A stretch of DNA of 64,000 bases from Eledone cirrhosa (lineage: Eukaryota): positions 148,676,001-148,740,000 of the forward strand of contig OZ024743.1 in assembly GCA_964016885.1 (NCBI GenBank), in the 5' to 3' direction. The notes beneath the pieces were generated by a model, which was not told the DNA's origin, ran no database searches, and was given only the letters and a program-made list of their open reading frames with translations. Below, piece after piece: positions 51,821 to 63,823 of this stretch (the first letter of the stretch is position 1; each line of letters opens with the position of its first letter). A program made the position numbers and the translations under genes.

Positions 51821-51912
51821 TTCTTTCTTCAGCCTCTCTCTGGGCAGTCTATACCTGTTGTCTAGCTTCTTTCTTCAGCCTCTCTCTGGGCAGTCTATAC
51901 CTGTTGTCTAGC
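51821..51912. repeat. Perfect 46-bp tandem duplication
   Basis: ttctttcttcagcctctctctgggcagtctatacctgttgtctagc occurs twice. Confidence 0.92.
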
Positions 51913-52218
51913 TTCTCTCTTAGCTAACTCTTACCAGTCTCTACTACTCCAATTTTTCCTATCTTTACTCATCGTTGCCTGAGTTGCATAGGTAGATGTA
52001 ATTGTCACTATTTTGTTTCATATAGCTATTCTAAACTTGATAAACCTGTCACTGTGTATATAGAAGTCTGTTGATTATTTGTGTGAACTGTCTCCATGTA
52101 CTACAGAATAATGAATATATGAATCATCATCATCATATATAAATATATATATATATATACTCTTTTACCTGTTCCAGCTAACCAGTTGAGGCCATGCTTC
52201 GGCACTTCCCTTCCACAT

Positions 52219-52277
<59 letters not shown>

Positions 52278-52356
52278 CTAAGCCCAAATCAAACTTTTTT
52301 GGGGGGTGGGGATATAAGTCAAATTGGCTAAAGGAAGCCAATTGCAACCTATAGAG

Positions 52357-52389
<33 letters not shown>

Positions 52390-53071
52390 AGGTTGTATAT
52401 CTGGCAACATACGATATGTTTATAAATAAACATTTTGAAAGCCATTTTGAAAGCTATTTTGAAAACTGATAGCATAGCGCCATTTAGTGTGTCCCAACAG
52501 AAGCCTAAGTACAGGCAACAATTAATGATGTCATCATTTCTGACTTTGGTCATTATCAATCTAATGCTTCCAACTGCTTACTGCTGGACATATAGTTTAG
52601 AAGCCTATTTACATTTTATATGGACACCACTGGCAACATTATTCCATCTCTAACAGACTTTCCCAATTTCAGTGGCTATTTTATAACAACTGATTGTAAT
52701 TGCAGTTATTTTCTACATCGATGCTTTCTACATCTTCTTATAAATACACACACACACATACACACACACACACACACATATACATTCACACACACAAACA
52801 TATACATATATCTTTATGAATGCCTGCATGTGTGAGTATGTATATAAGTTTTTATGTGTCTACATATACATATTTATTTATACATTTGTATATTCATTAA
52901 GGAAAGCAATACATAGAAAACTATTCATATAAGGTGTCTCAGAAGTAAGGTATAAAGGTATATAGTTTTAGTGCATACATTTTACCCTACTTATGTAATT
53001 CCCGATGAATAGAAAGTATATGTTGTACATATATATTTGGCTCTTGTTCTTTCTCTGTATGTCGTCTCTAT

Positions 53072-53590
53072 ATCATCCTCATCATCATCATCGTTTAATG
53101 GCCATTTTCCATGCTAGCATGGGTAGGATGGGCTGTCCCTTCATGAGAGATCAGTTTGGAGGAATGTGTTTTGCTCACACAGAACTGATTTTAGCTTGGT
53201 TTCTACAGCTGGATGCCCTTCAAAACGTTGGTGGGTTCTTTTTGTTGTGATGGCTAGATGACCACTTTACAATGTGGAATGGGTGCTTTTTGTTGTGACA
53301 CATACATGACCACTCTACAGTGTAGATTGGGCACTTTTTGTTGTGACAGCTACATGACCACTACATAGTGTGGGCTGGGCTCTTTTGTCATGGCTCCAGG
53401 GAAGAATTCCTTTATGGAGGGGGATGGGAACTTGTGTAAGGTGGGGAAGATGCCTTGGGAAATCGGGGACATAGATATAGAGGTGGGATGATTAGAGCGA
53501 GGGGGTTTATGGGATAGGAGATGCCAGGAGAAGGTGTTGCCACTAGATATATGCCTCAACCCAAGCATCTGGGAGGATAGGTCTTCTGAT
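53072..53590 (-). mobile_element. RTE 3'-UTR-type fragment
   Basis: (CAT)n tail, conserved motifs and about 48-bp internal subrepeats (gaccactttacagtg..ggg.gctttttgttgtgaca). Confidence 0.75.
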
Positions 53591-53649
53591 GTATATAGGC
53601 ATATGTGTGTGTGTGTGTGTGTGTGTTTGTGGGTGCATGTGTGTGTTTG

Positions 53650-53900
53650 TGTATAACAAGACTGCTGACTGAATGTACACCTATTTTCTTCTCCCCAACT
53701 TTTTTCTCATTTTTCCCCATTCCTTCCTCTTATCGCTCTTTACATTCTATTTATCTTCTTTTTCTATCTTCTGATGAAGGATTAGTGTCCAAAACGTTAA
53801 GAGACTCTTCCTGTTATTTCAAGTATTAAACTAATATATTTCTTCCATGTATTGAGCTGATTGCTTTGTTATTTTTGTTATTTCTGTTTACCATTTACAT
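53650..53900 (+). mobile_element. Penelope-like terminal-repeat remnant with degenerate hammerhead
   Basis: tctt-CTGATGA-agga-ttagtg-tcc-aaaac-gtt-aaga at 53767-53802 (GAAAC mutated to AAAAC); homolog at 27780-28060. Confidence 0.55.
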
Positions 53901-53902
53901 AC

Positions 53903-53939
<37 letters not shown>

Positions 53940-53942
<3 letters not shown>

Positions 53943-54217
53943 TCATCATTATCGTTTAACGTCCATCTTCCATGCTAGCATGTGTTAGATGGTTTTGTTC
54001 CATTTGATGCGGGAATGGGTGCGAGACCGTGTCTCCTACACAACCACTTTACAGTGTGCACTGGGTGCTTTTTGTTGTGTCTCCGACACAGTGGACGGAA
54101 ATGGGAGGATGGGGTAGGGTGTGTGGGGCGTGGTATATATTGGGTTAAGAGGTGGCCACTGATTGTAGGTTTGTATGCAAAGGAAGGTGGGTTTTCTGCA
54201 TAACTGCATGGTGCCAC
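53940..54217 (-). mobile_element. 5'-truncated RTE copy (same subfamily as 41189-41469)
   Basis: Shares catttgatgcgggaatggg, gttaagaggtg and aactgcatggtgcca. Confidence 0.8.
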
Positions 54218-54225
54218 AATGAAAT

Positions 54226-54332
54226 TTATATATATACATATACACAGACATATATATATATACATATACACAGACATATATATATACATACATACACACA
54301 GACATATATATATATATACATACATACACACA

Positions 54333-54396
<64 letters not shown>

Positions 54397-54397
54397 C

Positions 54398-54457
<60 letters not shown>

Positions 54458-54617
54458 GTATGTATATATATATATATATGTCTGTGTGTGTGTATGTATA
54501 TATATATATATATATGTCTGTGTGTGCGTATGTATGTATATATATATATATGTCTATATATATATATATACATACATACACACACAGACATACATATATA
54601 TATATATACATACATAC

Positions 54618-54652
<35 letters not shown>

Positions 54653-54673
54653 TATACAGACATATATATATAT

Positions 54674-54729
<56 letters not shown>

Positions 54730-54892
54730 ATATATATATGTCTGTGTATATGTATATATATATATATATACATATCTATATAGAGATACATATCTATATC
54801 ATCATCATCATCATCATCAACGTTTAACGTTCGTGTTCCACGCTTGCATATACATATATATATATATAGATACATATCTATATATACATATA

Positions 54893-54938
<46 letters not shown>

Positions 54939-54965
54939 TGTATATATAGATATGTATATATATAC
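54226..54965. repeat. Long (TA)n/(TACA)n compound satellite with a short RTE tail at 54798-54848
   Basis: Visible directly; catcaacgtttaacgttcgtgttccacgcttgcat is nearly identical to the LINE 3' end at 28570-28604. Confidence 0.9.
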
Positions 54966-55164
54966 TTGTTTTGCAAGCTTATGCCAAGCTGAAAATTATT
55001 CAATGTCACTGTTTTATAAAGAGGCGAAAACCAACCCAAGCCAAACAGTGAGTGTGTTCTGTTATTATTTCTGGCAATATTATAACAATATGACCCTCCC
55101 AAAGTATAACAATATACATATGTATATTTGTAGGTATGTATGTATATATACATACATACCTACA

Positions 55165-55730
55165 AATGTCTCATGGTCGGGTCGTTGGCGACTAAACCGG
55201 CAACCCCACCAAGTTTACTTGGTGAGGAGGGTGATTTCGGACACCCTGCAGGACAAAAAACAAAACCTGACAAAGGGAGGAAGATCTCATAAGGGTCAAC
55301 GGCCATCCAAAAGTGTGTAAATATGTATATACACATGTACATGTGTGTGTATATGTGTATATGCATGGGTGCATGTGTATGTATATGTGCGGGGACATAG
55401 AAATAATCGGGCTGGACATCCGGTCGCGCGGTTAAACCACTGGGAGTGAAGGACCCCTAGCCTTTGTCAGGGCATTCTTCTAGAAGGCAACTCAGGAAAC
55501 TGGGATAACTTCGATATAAAACCTGCGGCTCAGTAGTTACCGCTGATCTTTTCTTCTTTTCGGGTTATAGCTACTGTTGCTCAGAGAGTGGGATTTGCTC
55601 AGTGCACAGTCTTTCCTCACATTAAAAAATATCTTCACGCACAGGCATTGCATGATAGAATTAATTAATTATTATTAATAATAGTATATCATGCAATGGC
55701 CATACTCGATAACGAGGGGGCAGCCATCAT
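55165..55730 (+). mobile_element. Non-autonomous element derived from an RTE-type 5' region
   Basis: Homologous and collinear with 19649-20274 (-); both end at cagccatcat. Confidence 0.6.
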
Positions 55731-55742
55731 ACATACATATAT

Positions 55743-55790
<48 letters not shown>

Positions 55791-56550
55791 AAATTAAATT
55801 AAATTAAGGGTGTCATGTCTAAGAGACATGCGCCATATCCACTGTCGAATATGCTCAAAATTTCCAATGAATAGATCCGAGCATTTTATATCAAAGGACT
55901 CCGCTGCTATTTCTAGCTGTCGATAATCCTGTTCACACCACTGGGATGATGTTGGTACGATGTATGTATTTTTATAAAAATGCAACACGTGCGACAGGTC
56001 ATCAAACAGATTTGCATTTGCTGTGTAAACACAGATAGTTAAATCTTCTCTGTTGTTGAAAATCCAGGATTTGACTACTGTAATTTATGGATTAATGGTG
56101 AATTATATTTCTTTAATGAAATATATACAAGGGAAATTAATCATTTTAAAAGATATCTATATTTGAAGATCTAGTTAAACTTTAATTAGTTACCTACCTA
56201 GCTGTGTGTGCTTACACACTTTACAAATTATCCCCTGTGATTGTTTGTTTCATGTGTTTATTTTAGATATATATATGTCAATCAATTTCTAGTTAATATA
56301 TATATATATATATTTTGAGTATATGTTGGTTGTTTACCGACACCTTAGTATGCAGATTGGAGCACTCAATGAAGTACGCAGTTTGGTTTGTAAAATAATT
56401 AAGTCAAATATGTAAATATATACAGCCATCATAAGGCTGTGACCTCTTCAGGCAGTCCGAATTGGTGTGGGAAGGACAGGTACACATGTTGTTGAAGTGT
56501 GTTTTACTCCGTCAATACATCGATATGTCCATATATATATATACAACCAT

Positions 56551-56613
<63 letters not shown>

Positions 56614-56721
56614 GGTGTGCTAATGTGGAAAATTGGCATTGTCAACTGCGGAATATGTATATACATATAAATATATATAAACATACATAAGTATATACAT
56701 ATATATATATATACATATAAA

Positions 56722-57068
56722 GGAGGCACATGGCTTAGTTGTTAGAGCATTGGCCTTGCAATCGAAAGGTTGTGAGTTCAATTCTCAGACCGGGTGATGT
56801 GTTGTTTCCTTGAGCAAAACACTTTATTTCACATTGCTCCAGTTTACTCAGCTGTAGAAATGAGATGATAGGGACTAAGGTCCCTATCATTCCACTGCAA
56901 AGTGGTCGTGGAGGTGCCACGGCAAAAAAGCACCCAGCACTCACTGTAAATGAGGTTGGTGTTAGGAAGTGCATCCAGCTGTAGAAATCAAGCCAGAATC
57001 AGTTCCCGTCCCACCCTTGCAAGCAGGGAAAAGTGGACGTAAAATGAAATGATGAAATGAATGATGAT
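56722..57068 (+). mobile_element. SINE family B, full length
   Basis: A box tggcttagttgttagag, B box gagttcaattct, RTE-type tail ending ggacgtaaaatga..gatgat. Confidence 0.92.
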
Positions 57069-57464
57069 AAACATGCATATAGATATACATAAATACATAC
57101 AAACTTACATATATACATATATACATATATACATCATCACCATCATCATCACCATTTTAAGATCTATTTTCCACATTAGCAATGGTTAGATGAATTGTGA
57201 AAAAGGAAATATTGAACTGTCTCTGGCTTAGTTTCTACAGCTAGATGCTCTTCCTAATGCCAACCACATTTAGAGCATGGACTGCATACCTTTCATTCTG
57301 GTATCAAAATGACCCACTGTTTTGACTAGGTACTTTCTCACTGTGTCACCAGCACATTGTGGTGACCATGTCTAGCTTTCCATGCATGTATACATGGGTT
57401 GTATAAGAGAGCTGTATTTGATGTGGAAGGTGGGGGGTTTGGGGTTGGGATGGTGTTGTGCTTG

Positions 57465-57477
57465 TATATATATGTAT

Positions 57478-57548
<71 letters not shown>

Positions 57549-57770
57549 TATTATACATATATATACATAAAATTATATATAAATATACACATATATATAT
57601 ATATACATATATACATATAATACATAAATATACACATATATACATATATATATATATACATATATACATATAATACATAAATATACACATATATACATAT
57701 AATACATAAATATACACATATATACATATATATATATATACATATATACATATAATACATAAATATACAC

Positions 57771-57840
<70 letters not shown>

Positions 57841-57860
57841 TCACATATACACACATATAA
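57465..57860. repeat. (TA)n plus TA-derived minisatellite (catataatacataaatatacacatatata units)
   Basis: Unit repeated about 4 times in 57600-57780. Confidence 0.9.
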
Positions 57861-58605
57861 GTATAATATATGAAAATGTGTGTTATGTCTTTCTATACAA
57901 ATATATCTGCATATATTTATGTGTGTACCAGCAAACACATACACAACTCTAAACACATCCTCATGTATGTGTGTGCATATGTGTGTGCGTGTGTGTGTGT
58001 GTGACATGCACATGCATTCATTCATACATACATAAATTTATATGTACATGCCTATATGCCTGCATATACACATACATTTACATATATATGCATATACACA
58101 TAAAAGTTGTAAAAACAACAGATTTAATAGAAAAGCAATATTTACATAAGTTTTGGAATTTCAATCATCAGAACTATAGAATATCTAAAACAATCAAGCA
58201 ATGTATGTATAATTTATGACAGGAAAGATTTCCTCACCCACTCTCATCATCATCATCATTCTCTCTATCATCAGCTTAATCATCATCATCTTTATCATTA
58301 GCATTGTCTATTGTTGTAATTGTTGTTTTGGTGAAGTTGGTGGTGTTAAAGAAGGAATGGAAATATGCAACAATTTGCATTCTTTCAGAAATTCTAATGA
58401 ATAGAGGAATTTTCTTCCACTTTGAATTAAAATTGTTGGAATTGTTTCAATAAAACTATACAGCATGTGTGAGATTATGGAACATTCTAGATTAACTAAA
58501 AACCATATTTCCACAATTCATAATTCCTTCATATTTTTCTACAGGTATCAGATTAGAAATTCCATGACAAAGGAACTTTTTCTATTTTTGCATATATATA
58601 TATAT

Positions 58606-59349
58606 ATAGAATAAGTAAAAGCGAAGTAGTTTCAGATGTTCAAGTCCTTTAATAATAATTGTTTCTACTTTAGGCACAAGCCCAGCAATTACCCAGTACA
58701 TTACTGGTACTTTATTTTATCGACACAGTAAGGATGAAAAGCAAAGTTAACCTTGGCGGGATTTGAACTCAGACCGTAAAGGGACCTAACTATGCTAGAA
58801 AGCATGGCGTCCAACCCTCTACCGATACTGCCAATTCACCGTCTTTAATAATAATACTGTGATATATATTTCAATGACGACACTGGCCACACTGTTCTGT
58901 GTGCGAGTGTTGTGACATCATCAGACAGCTTGTTACATAATAAAGTTGTTTCCGAGGCAATCCAAATTGAATCGACTGACTGCCACAGTAGCGATGGGTA
59001 GCAGTAAACTTTGGCAAGGCATAGGTGGGCCATTGACAGCGAATTTCGTTGAAATCTGCGGTGCTAAGGGTCAACTTCCTTCGGACATGCGCTTGCGCAG
59101 ACCGGTGGGGGTGAATTGGTACTCACAAGGGAACGGATGAAAAACCCAAAAGCACGAACTTCATCCTTTCCCATGTCAATTCAATTTGGATTGCCTCGGA
59201 AACAACCTTATTATGTAACAAGCTGTCTGTTGATGTCACGACACTCGCACACAGAACAGTGTGGCCAGTGTCGTCATTGAAATATATATCACAGCATTAT
59301 TATTAAAGGACTTGAACATCTGAAACTACTTCACTTTTACTTATTCTAT
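58606..59349. mobile_element. Non-autonomous DNA transposon with about 175-bp TIRs
   Basis: Left arm atagaataagtaaaagcgaagtagtttcagatg..ccaaattgaatcgac (interrupted by a SINE) is the reverse complement of the right arm 59175-59349; GC-richer spacer of about 200 bp; TA flanks. Confidence 0.85.
58660..58842 (-). mobile_element. SINE family A with 13-bp TSD, inside the left TIR
   Basis: ctttaataataat at 58647-58659 and 58843-58855; the right TIR carries a single copy. Confidence 0.93.
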
Positions 59350-59420
59350 ATTTACTCCGTAACTCCTATGTGGAAAAAGTACGTTGAGTGCTTGAATTGA
59401 ATTACATCAATATTTATCCT

Positions 59421-59481
<61 letters not shown>

Positions 59482-59579
59482 ATAGTAGAACACTGGTGGG
59501 TTATGTCCATAGTATTAGAGCACTCAGTCCATGGGACGAGTTTGGTAGAAGTAGTTCAACAACAGTTAGTTCAACATTA

Positions 59580-59620
59580 CTGAGAACAATTGTTTCACCT
59601 TATTCGGATCATCAGCTCGG
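59580..59620 (-). ncRNA. Minimal type I hammerhead ribozyme
   Basis: Minus strand ccgag-CTGATGA-tcc-gaata-agg-t-GAAAC-aatt-GTT-ctcag. Core intact, palindromic caattg stem III, GUU triplet, one mismatch in stem I. Confidence 0.7.
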
Positions 59621-59677
59621 TCTAAATGAAGTTGTATGGAAAAGTTGTTTTTCCTTTTCCGTACAACTTCATTTAAA

Positions 59678-59718
59678 CCGACCCGATGATCTGAATAAGG
59701 TGAAACAATTGTTCTCGG
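59678..59718 (+). ncRNA. Second (fold-back) hammerhead copy with mutated core
   Basis: ccgac-CCGATGA-tct-gaata-agg-t-GAAAC-aatt-GTT-ctcgg. Confidence 0.5.
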
Positions 59719-59747
59719 TAATGTTGAACTAACTGTTGTACAACTAC

Positions 59748-59795
<48 letters not shown>

Positions 59796-59807
59796 GTAGT
59801 TGTACAA

Positions 59808-60353
59808 ATTTCTTACTCTACGACTCCTAACCTTGCACATAACATCACAGCTTCAAATTTAGCTAAACTACCTAGCCGTAGGAACACGTGCAACCCTGTA
59901 GTTAGTACTAACTGTAATTGTAGGAATCGGGCTGATTGCCCCCTATCCGGGAAATGCCTCTCTAGTAACATTGTCTACAAATGTAAGGTTGTAACACCCA
60001 CGTCCCGTAGGGCCTACATAGGGTTAACCGCCAATAGTTTCAAGCAGCGTCTTTACATGCATACCCATTCTTTTCGTTACCCTCTAAGAAGGAATATGAC
60101 GTCACTTTCAGCTTATATCTGGAGTCTAAAAGACAACCACACCCAATATAAGTTACACTGGGAGATCCTAGCTTGGGCTAGATCGTATAACGGAAATAAA
60201 AGACCATGTGACCTCTGCGCCGCTGAGGCCCTGGAAATACTCTACGCTACAGACCACATCTTAAACAAAAAATCTGAGGCAATTTCGGCTTGTAAACATA
60301 AATTGCACAAAACTTTCCTGTATTACAGCCCCACCTTATACCCTAACGGATAG
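59808..60353 (+). CDS. GIY-YIG endonuclease domain of a 5'-truncated Naiad-type Penelope-like element
   Basis: ISYSTTPN, CxCx5Cx5C linker (CNCRNRADCPLSGKC), IVYKC..YIGLT, FKQR..H, CDLCAAE, LNKKSE..CKH. The annotated ORF start lies in (TA)n and is spurious. Confidence 0.9.
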   Translation: MSYSTTPNLAHNITASNLAKLPSRRNTCNPVVSTNCNCRNRADCPLSGKCLSSNIVYKCKVVTPTSRRAYIGLTANSFKQRLYMHTHSFRYPLRRNMTSLSAYIWSLKDNHTQYKLHWEILAWARSYNGNKRPCDLCAAEALEILYATDHILNKKSEAISACKHKLHKTFLYYSPTLYPNG

Positions 60354-61352
60354 CACGATCTATACGTGGATATTTTACGTCTTGATGTGGGAGCTAAGTA
60401 TATGTTTTGTTTATTCCTTTACTTATTTGCATAGGTAAGTATATATTACCCGTATGTTTTGTGAAGGTATGTATACCTTCTCGTACGTATATTTGACTGT
60501 TATAGCGTATAATTTTTACATATTCTGGTATTTAGGGTTTGGCTATGTGTATACGGGAGTTTTGCGTCCGCGTGAGTGTGCAGGTTCGTACGTATGGTGG
60601 GTGTGTGTATATGTGTACTTCTTGTTTTAGTTGACTTACGTCTCCGAACATTCGTGTATTTATATGTAGGTATGCGTGTGCGCTTGTTATATACGTATTT
60701 ATTTACTTATATACGTTTATATAATTATTTATTTATTTGTACACAAGCATACACACACACACATATTTATATGTGCGTTGTTTTGTATACCCATGGTAAG
60801 GTTTTGCGTATGCTTGTGTATGTACGTATCTGTTTGCGTGTATGTATTTATTTGTTTCTATTACTTCTGTATTGTATTTATTTACTTTGTTCTTAACTCT
60901 GTAGCGGAGATTCATTTGGTCTCCTAGTTAGAATTTTAGTCTACGATTTCTGCTATACCATTTACGTGGTTTTGTCTTTGCGTGCTATTGTTCTCCACGC
61001 TCCACATATGACTTATTATCTTCGTTTTTTCGTTCATTGCCAGAGAACGTCTCTATGCACCACCTAAGAGAACATTAGTCTACGACCTCTTTTATACCAT
61101 AAACGTGGTTTTGTCTTTGCGCGTAATTGTTTTTCACCGCTCCTATTAATGACGTATTATTCGTTTTTTCCCGTTCTTTGCCAGCGAACGTTACCACGAA
61201 CCAAAGTATCGTTTTCCTGTCTTCCTCCGGTTGCAACGTTTTTTGAAATATCCAGTTCTGCGTTTACAGATTGACTTTGTTAGTTTCAGAAGATCCCGTT
61301 AAGGGTGAAAGCAGCGATTCTTTGCTTAAACTTTAATCTGTTATTTTAATAA
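59808..61352 (+). mobile_element. 5'-truncated Penelope-like retroelement (endonuclease plus about 1 kb 3' region)
   Basis: GIY-YIG ORF, long T-rich 3' region with a 139-bp tandem repeat (60936, 61075), decayed hammerhead-like cagaaga-tccc-gttaa-ggg-t-gaaa near 61287-61310, and aataaa before (TA)n. Confidence 0.75.
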
Positions 61353-61924
61353 ATATATATATATATATATATATGAGTATTTCCTTTATTTTTTACTGGT
61401 TTCATTCATTACACTGTCTACATGCTAGGGCAATGCCTGGATTCAGTCAATCATATTGATCCCAGTATTTATTTTATCAATCTTTCTTTAGTTGAACTAT
61501 CAAGTTATGAGACACAAACACATACATAAACATAGACACAGATGCACCCACATAACACTCCATATACGTGTATTGATAGTAAAAATACCTTCTTGATGAA
61601 TGATTATCTTGTGTAACATTTTACTATAGTGTTTAAAATTATGTTTAATAGAGTTGAGAGGACCCTTCAGTTGTGTCAAGGACATGACAATCTCCTTTGT
61701 GTTGATGATCTACATAAATTCACTTAGTATATGCTGTAAAATGATTGGTGACAAGAAAGGCATTCTGCCATAGAAAACTTGCCAAACAATATGTTGAAAG
61801 GAACCTTCATTTGCGTTATGACAATCCCTCTAGTACTGGTACCATAACAAATGCACTTGGTAAAACGTGTAACCTTATATAAGTGAGAAGTTTATCTGGG
61901 CAGTCCGTACCTCCACATTAGGAC

Positions 61925-62255
61925 TGACTGTCCAATGTTTGCTAGCAGGGAAAGTGGATGTTAAATGATGATGATAATGATAACACACACAAAACAGGCT
62001 TCTGCTGACCAAATTCCACACTCTATAAAGGTGGTTGGCGTTAGGAAGGGCATGCAGCTATAGAAAACCAGCCCTAAAAGCCCCCAGCCCACACTGTAGA
62101 GTGGATGTTTAAAAAACATGGCAAAAAGCACCCAGCACACACTGTCAATGTAGTTGGCGTTAGGAAGGGCATCCAGCCATAGAAAACCGGCCAGAAACAC
62201 TCCTATATGAGTGAGACATGGTCAAACTCGTCTAACCCATGGTAGCACGGATGAT
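61925..62255 (+). mobile_element. RTE 3'-UTR-type fragments
   Basis: ttggcgttaggaagggcat(c/g)cagc occurs twice; ends ctaacccatggtagcacgg..gatgatg. Confidence 0.7.
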
Positions 62256-62601
62256 GAAGGCATTTATCATCCTGAGGCTATAGTAAAAGGTATTTGCCTA
62301 AGTTGACATGTGGTAGGACTGAACCCAGAACCAGATGCTTGTGAAGTGAATTCCTTAACCATACTGCCATATATGTAATGTAGTTATAAATTAAATATCC
62401 AAAGAAGAGAGTGCCTTCAATCAGTGATACGAGTTAAAAATAAATGAATTTATTAAACTACTATAAATATAGCATATTCACTACAGCTTTTCAAGTATAG
62501 TAACTGCCTGAAACTAAATTGATCTAAACATTGAAGCTTAATCTGTATAAAGTGAACAACTGTAATGAATAATCTGTATTTATAGTAGTTAAATAAAATG
62601 C

Positions 62602-62793
62602 TTCGAGACCTCAAGCATATTTGGACCCTGTACTGCTGAGCTCCTCTGTAAGATCAGAAAAAAGGTGGCCCGTTTAAGGAAGGAACCCTGCGAGCTGGGG
62701 TGGCTGTTGTAGCAGGTGTTGCTAGCCATTGTCTGTGGGAATGCTTTTGCAGTCTTATCTGCAGGGCACAGCCTCATTACCGCCGTGCTCTAG
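62602..62793 (+). pseudogene. Remnant of CRE-type (restriction-like endonuclease) non-LTR retrotransposon C-terminus
   Basis: Hand translation FETSSIFGPCTAELLCKIRKKVARLRKEPCELGWLL*QVLLAIVCGNAFAV fits the ET-G-G-A..E..WL-Q..A-GNA pattern of these endonucleases. Confidence 0.6.
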
Positions 62794-63467
62794 ACCCATA
62801 GCTCAATCAGTTCAGAGCAGTTGCTGCTCAGATGTGCCCCACATTAAAGTAATACATCTCACTTAGCAATGGCAGAGATGCTGCTACACACATATACAGG
62901 CTAGAGCCCTTGTCACAAGATAAAACCTATTCATCTGATAAGCATTACTAAAATGTTTGAACTACTTGTCTGTCAACACATTGTTCTTCTTGTCTTTTTT
63001 CCAGCTGTCAGAAGAGTGTCTCCTCTTTTCCATTTCAGCTGCTTAGAAAAGACTTCATTCCTCTGAATTTACTGACTGTGTAACAACCCCACTCAATGCA
63101 TCTGCCTCTTCTAGTCTCAGATTCCCTCTACTGGATCTCCACCCATACAACTAATCTCATCTTACTCAATCTTTCCTCCCCAAAGCTTGATCATCTGAAT
63201 CTCACCCCCTCTATCTTTATTTTTTCCCTGAATAACTAATTTTTAAAACTTCAAAACAGACCAATTCCAATAATAAATATTTCTTCACTAAACTAAACTA
63301 TCTGCCTTTCTAGGGAGCCTATTAGAATTTATGTAATTCTCATTTCGCAGTTAACTAATAAAGAAAATTATATGTGATAGTAAATATATATAGCTCACAA
63401 GGAGCTTCTCTCTTACTCCACACTACACACCAATTGCATATCTAAACACATTATCTATCTATATGTA

Positions 63468-63657
63468 GGGCGGTGGATTGGCAGTATCGGTAGAGAGTCA
63501 GACGCCATGCTTTGCAGCTTAGTTACGTCCCTTTACGGACTGAGTTCAAATCCCGCCGAGGTTAACTTTGCCTTTCATCCTTACGGGGTCGATAAAATAA
63601 AGTACCAGTAATGCACTGGGTAATTGCTGGCCTTGTGCCTAAAGTAGAAACAATTAT
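63468..63657 (+). mobile_element. SINE family A (near consensus)
   Basis: A box tggcagtatcgg, B box gagttcaaatccc, central cctttcatccttacggggtcgataaaa (Deu/Nin-like core), AT-rich tail. Confidence 0.92.
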
Positions 63658-63823
63658 CTGTCTATTTGTTTATTTATTTATTTACAGTATTTATTTATTT
63701 CATTTATGAAAATACGAATACAAAAGATAATATGATAGAAAGAAACAAAGAAAAAGAAAGAAGAAAGAGAAAATTAAATAGTGTAAGTAAGGAAAAAAGG
63801 GAAGGAAGTAGCATACTCTACAC

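Larger units (their letters stand above)
59482..59751. mobile_element. Penelope-like 3' end (-) with about 100-bp fold-back duplication
   Basis: Arms at about 59546-59644 and 59654-59752 are imperfect reverse complements; homolog at 36953-37081. Confidence 0.8.

Noticed and set aside
53230-53400. Regularly spaced repeats resembling a CRISPR array
   Set aside because: Degenerate tandem subrepeats of the RTE 3' UTR with no unique spacers, in a eukaryotic context.
56722-56795. tRNA-like sequence at SINE heads (families A and B)
   Set aside because: A/B boxes are present, but they continue into SINE bodies and I could not form a full cloverleaf, so they are not called tRNA genes.
942-58025. Numerous [16 protein letters not shown] ORFs
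   Set aside because: Translations of dinucleotide microsatellites, which lack stop codons.
59808-60353. Possible selenocysteine recoding, reported for some Naiad elements
   Set aside because: No in-frame TGA in the retained domain; the cysteines use TGT/TGC and the ORF ends in TAG.
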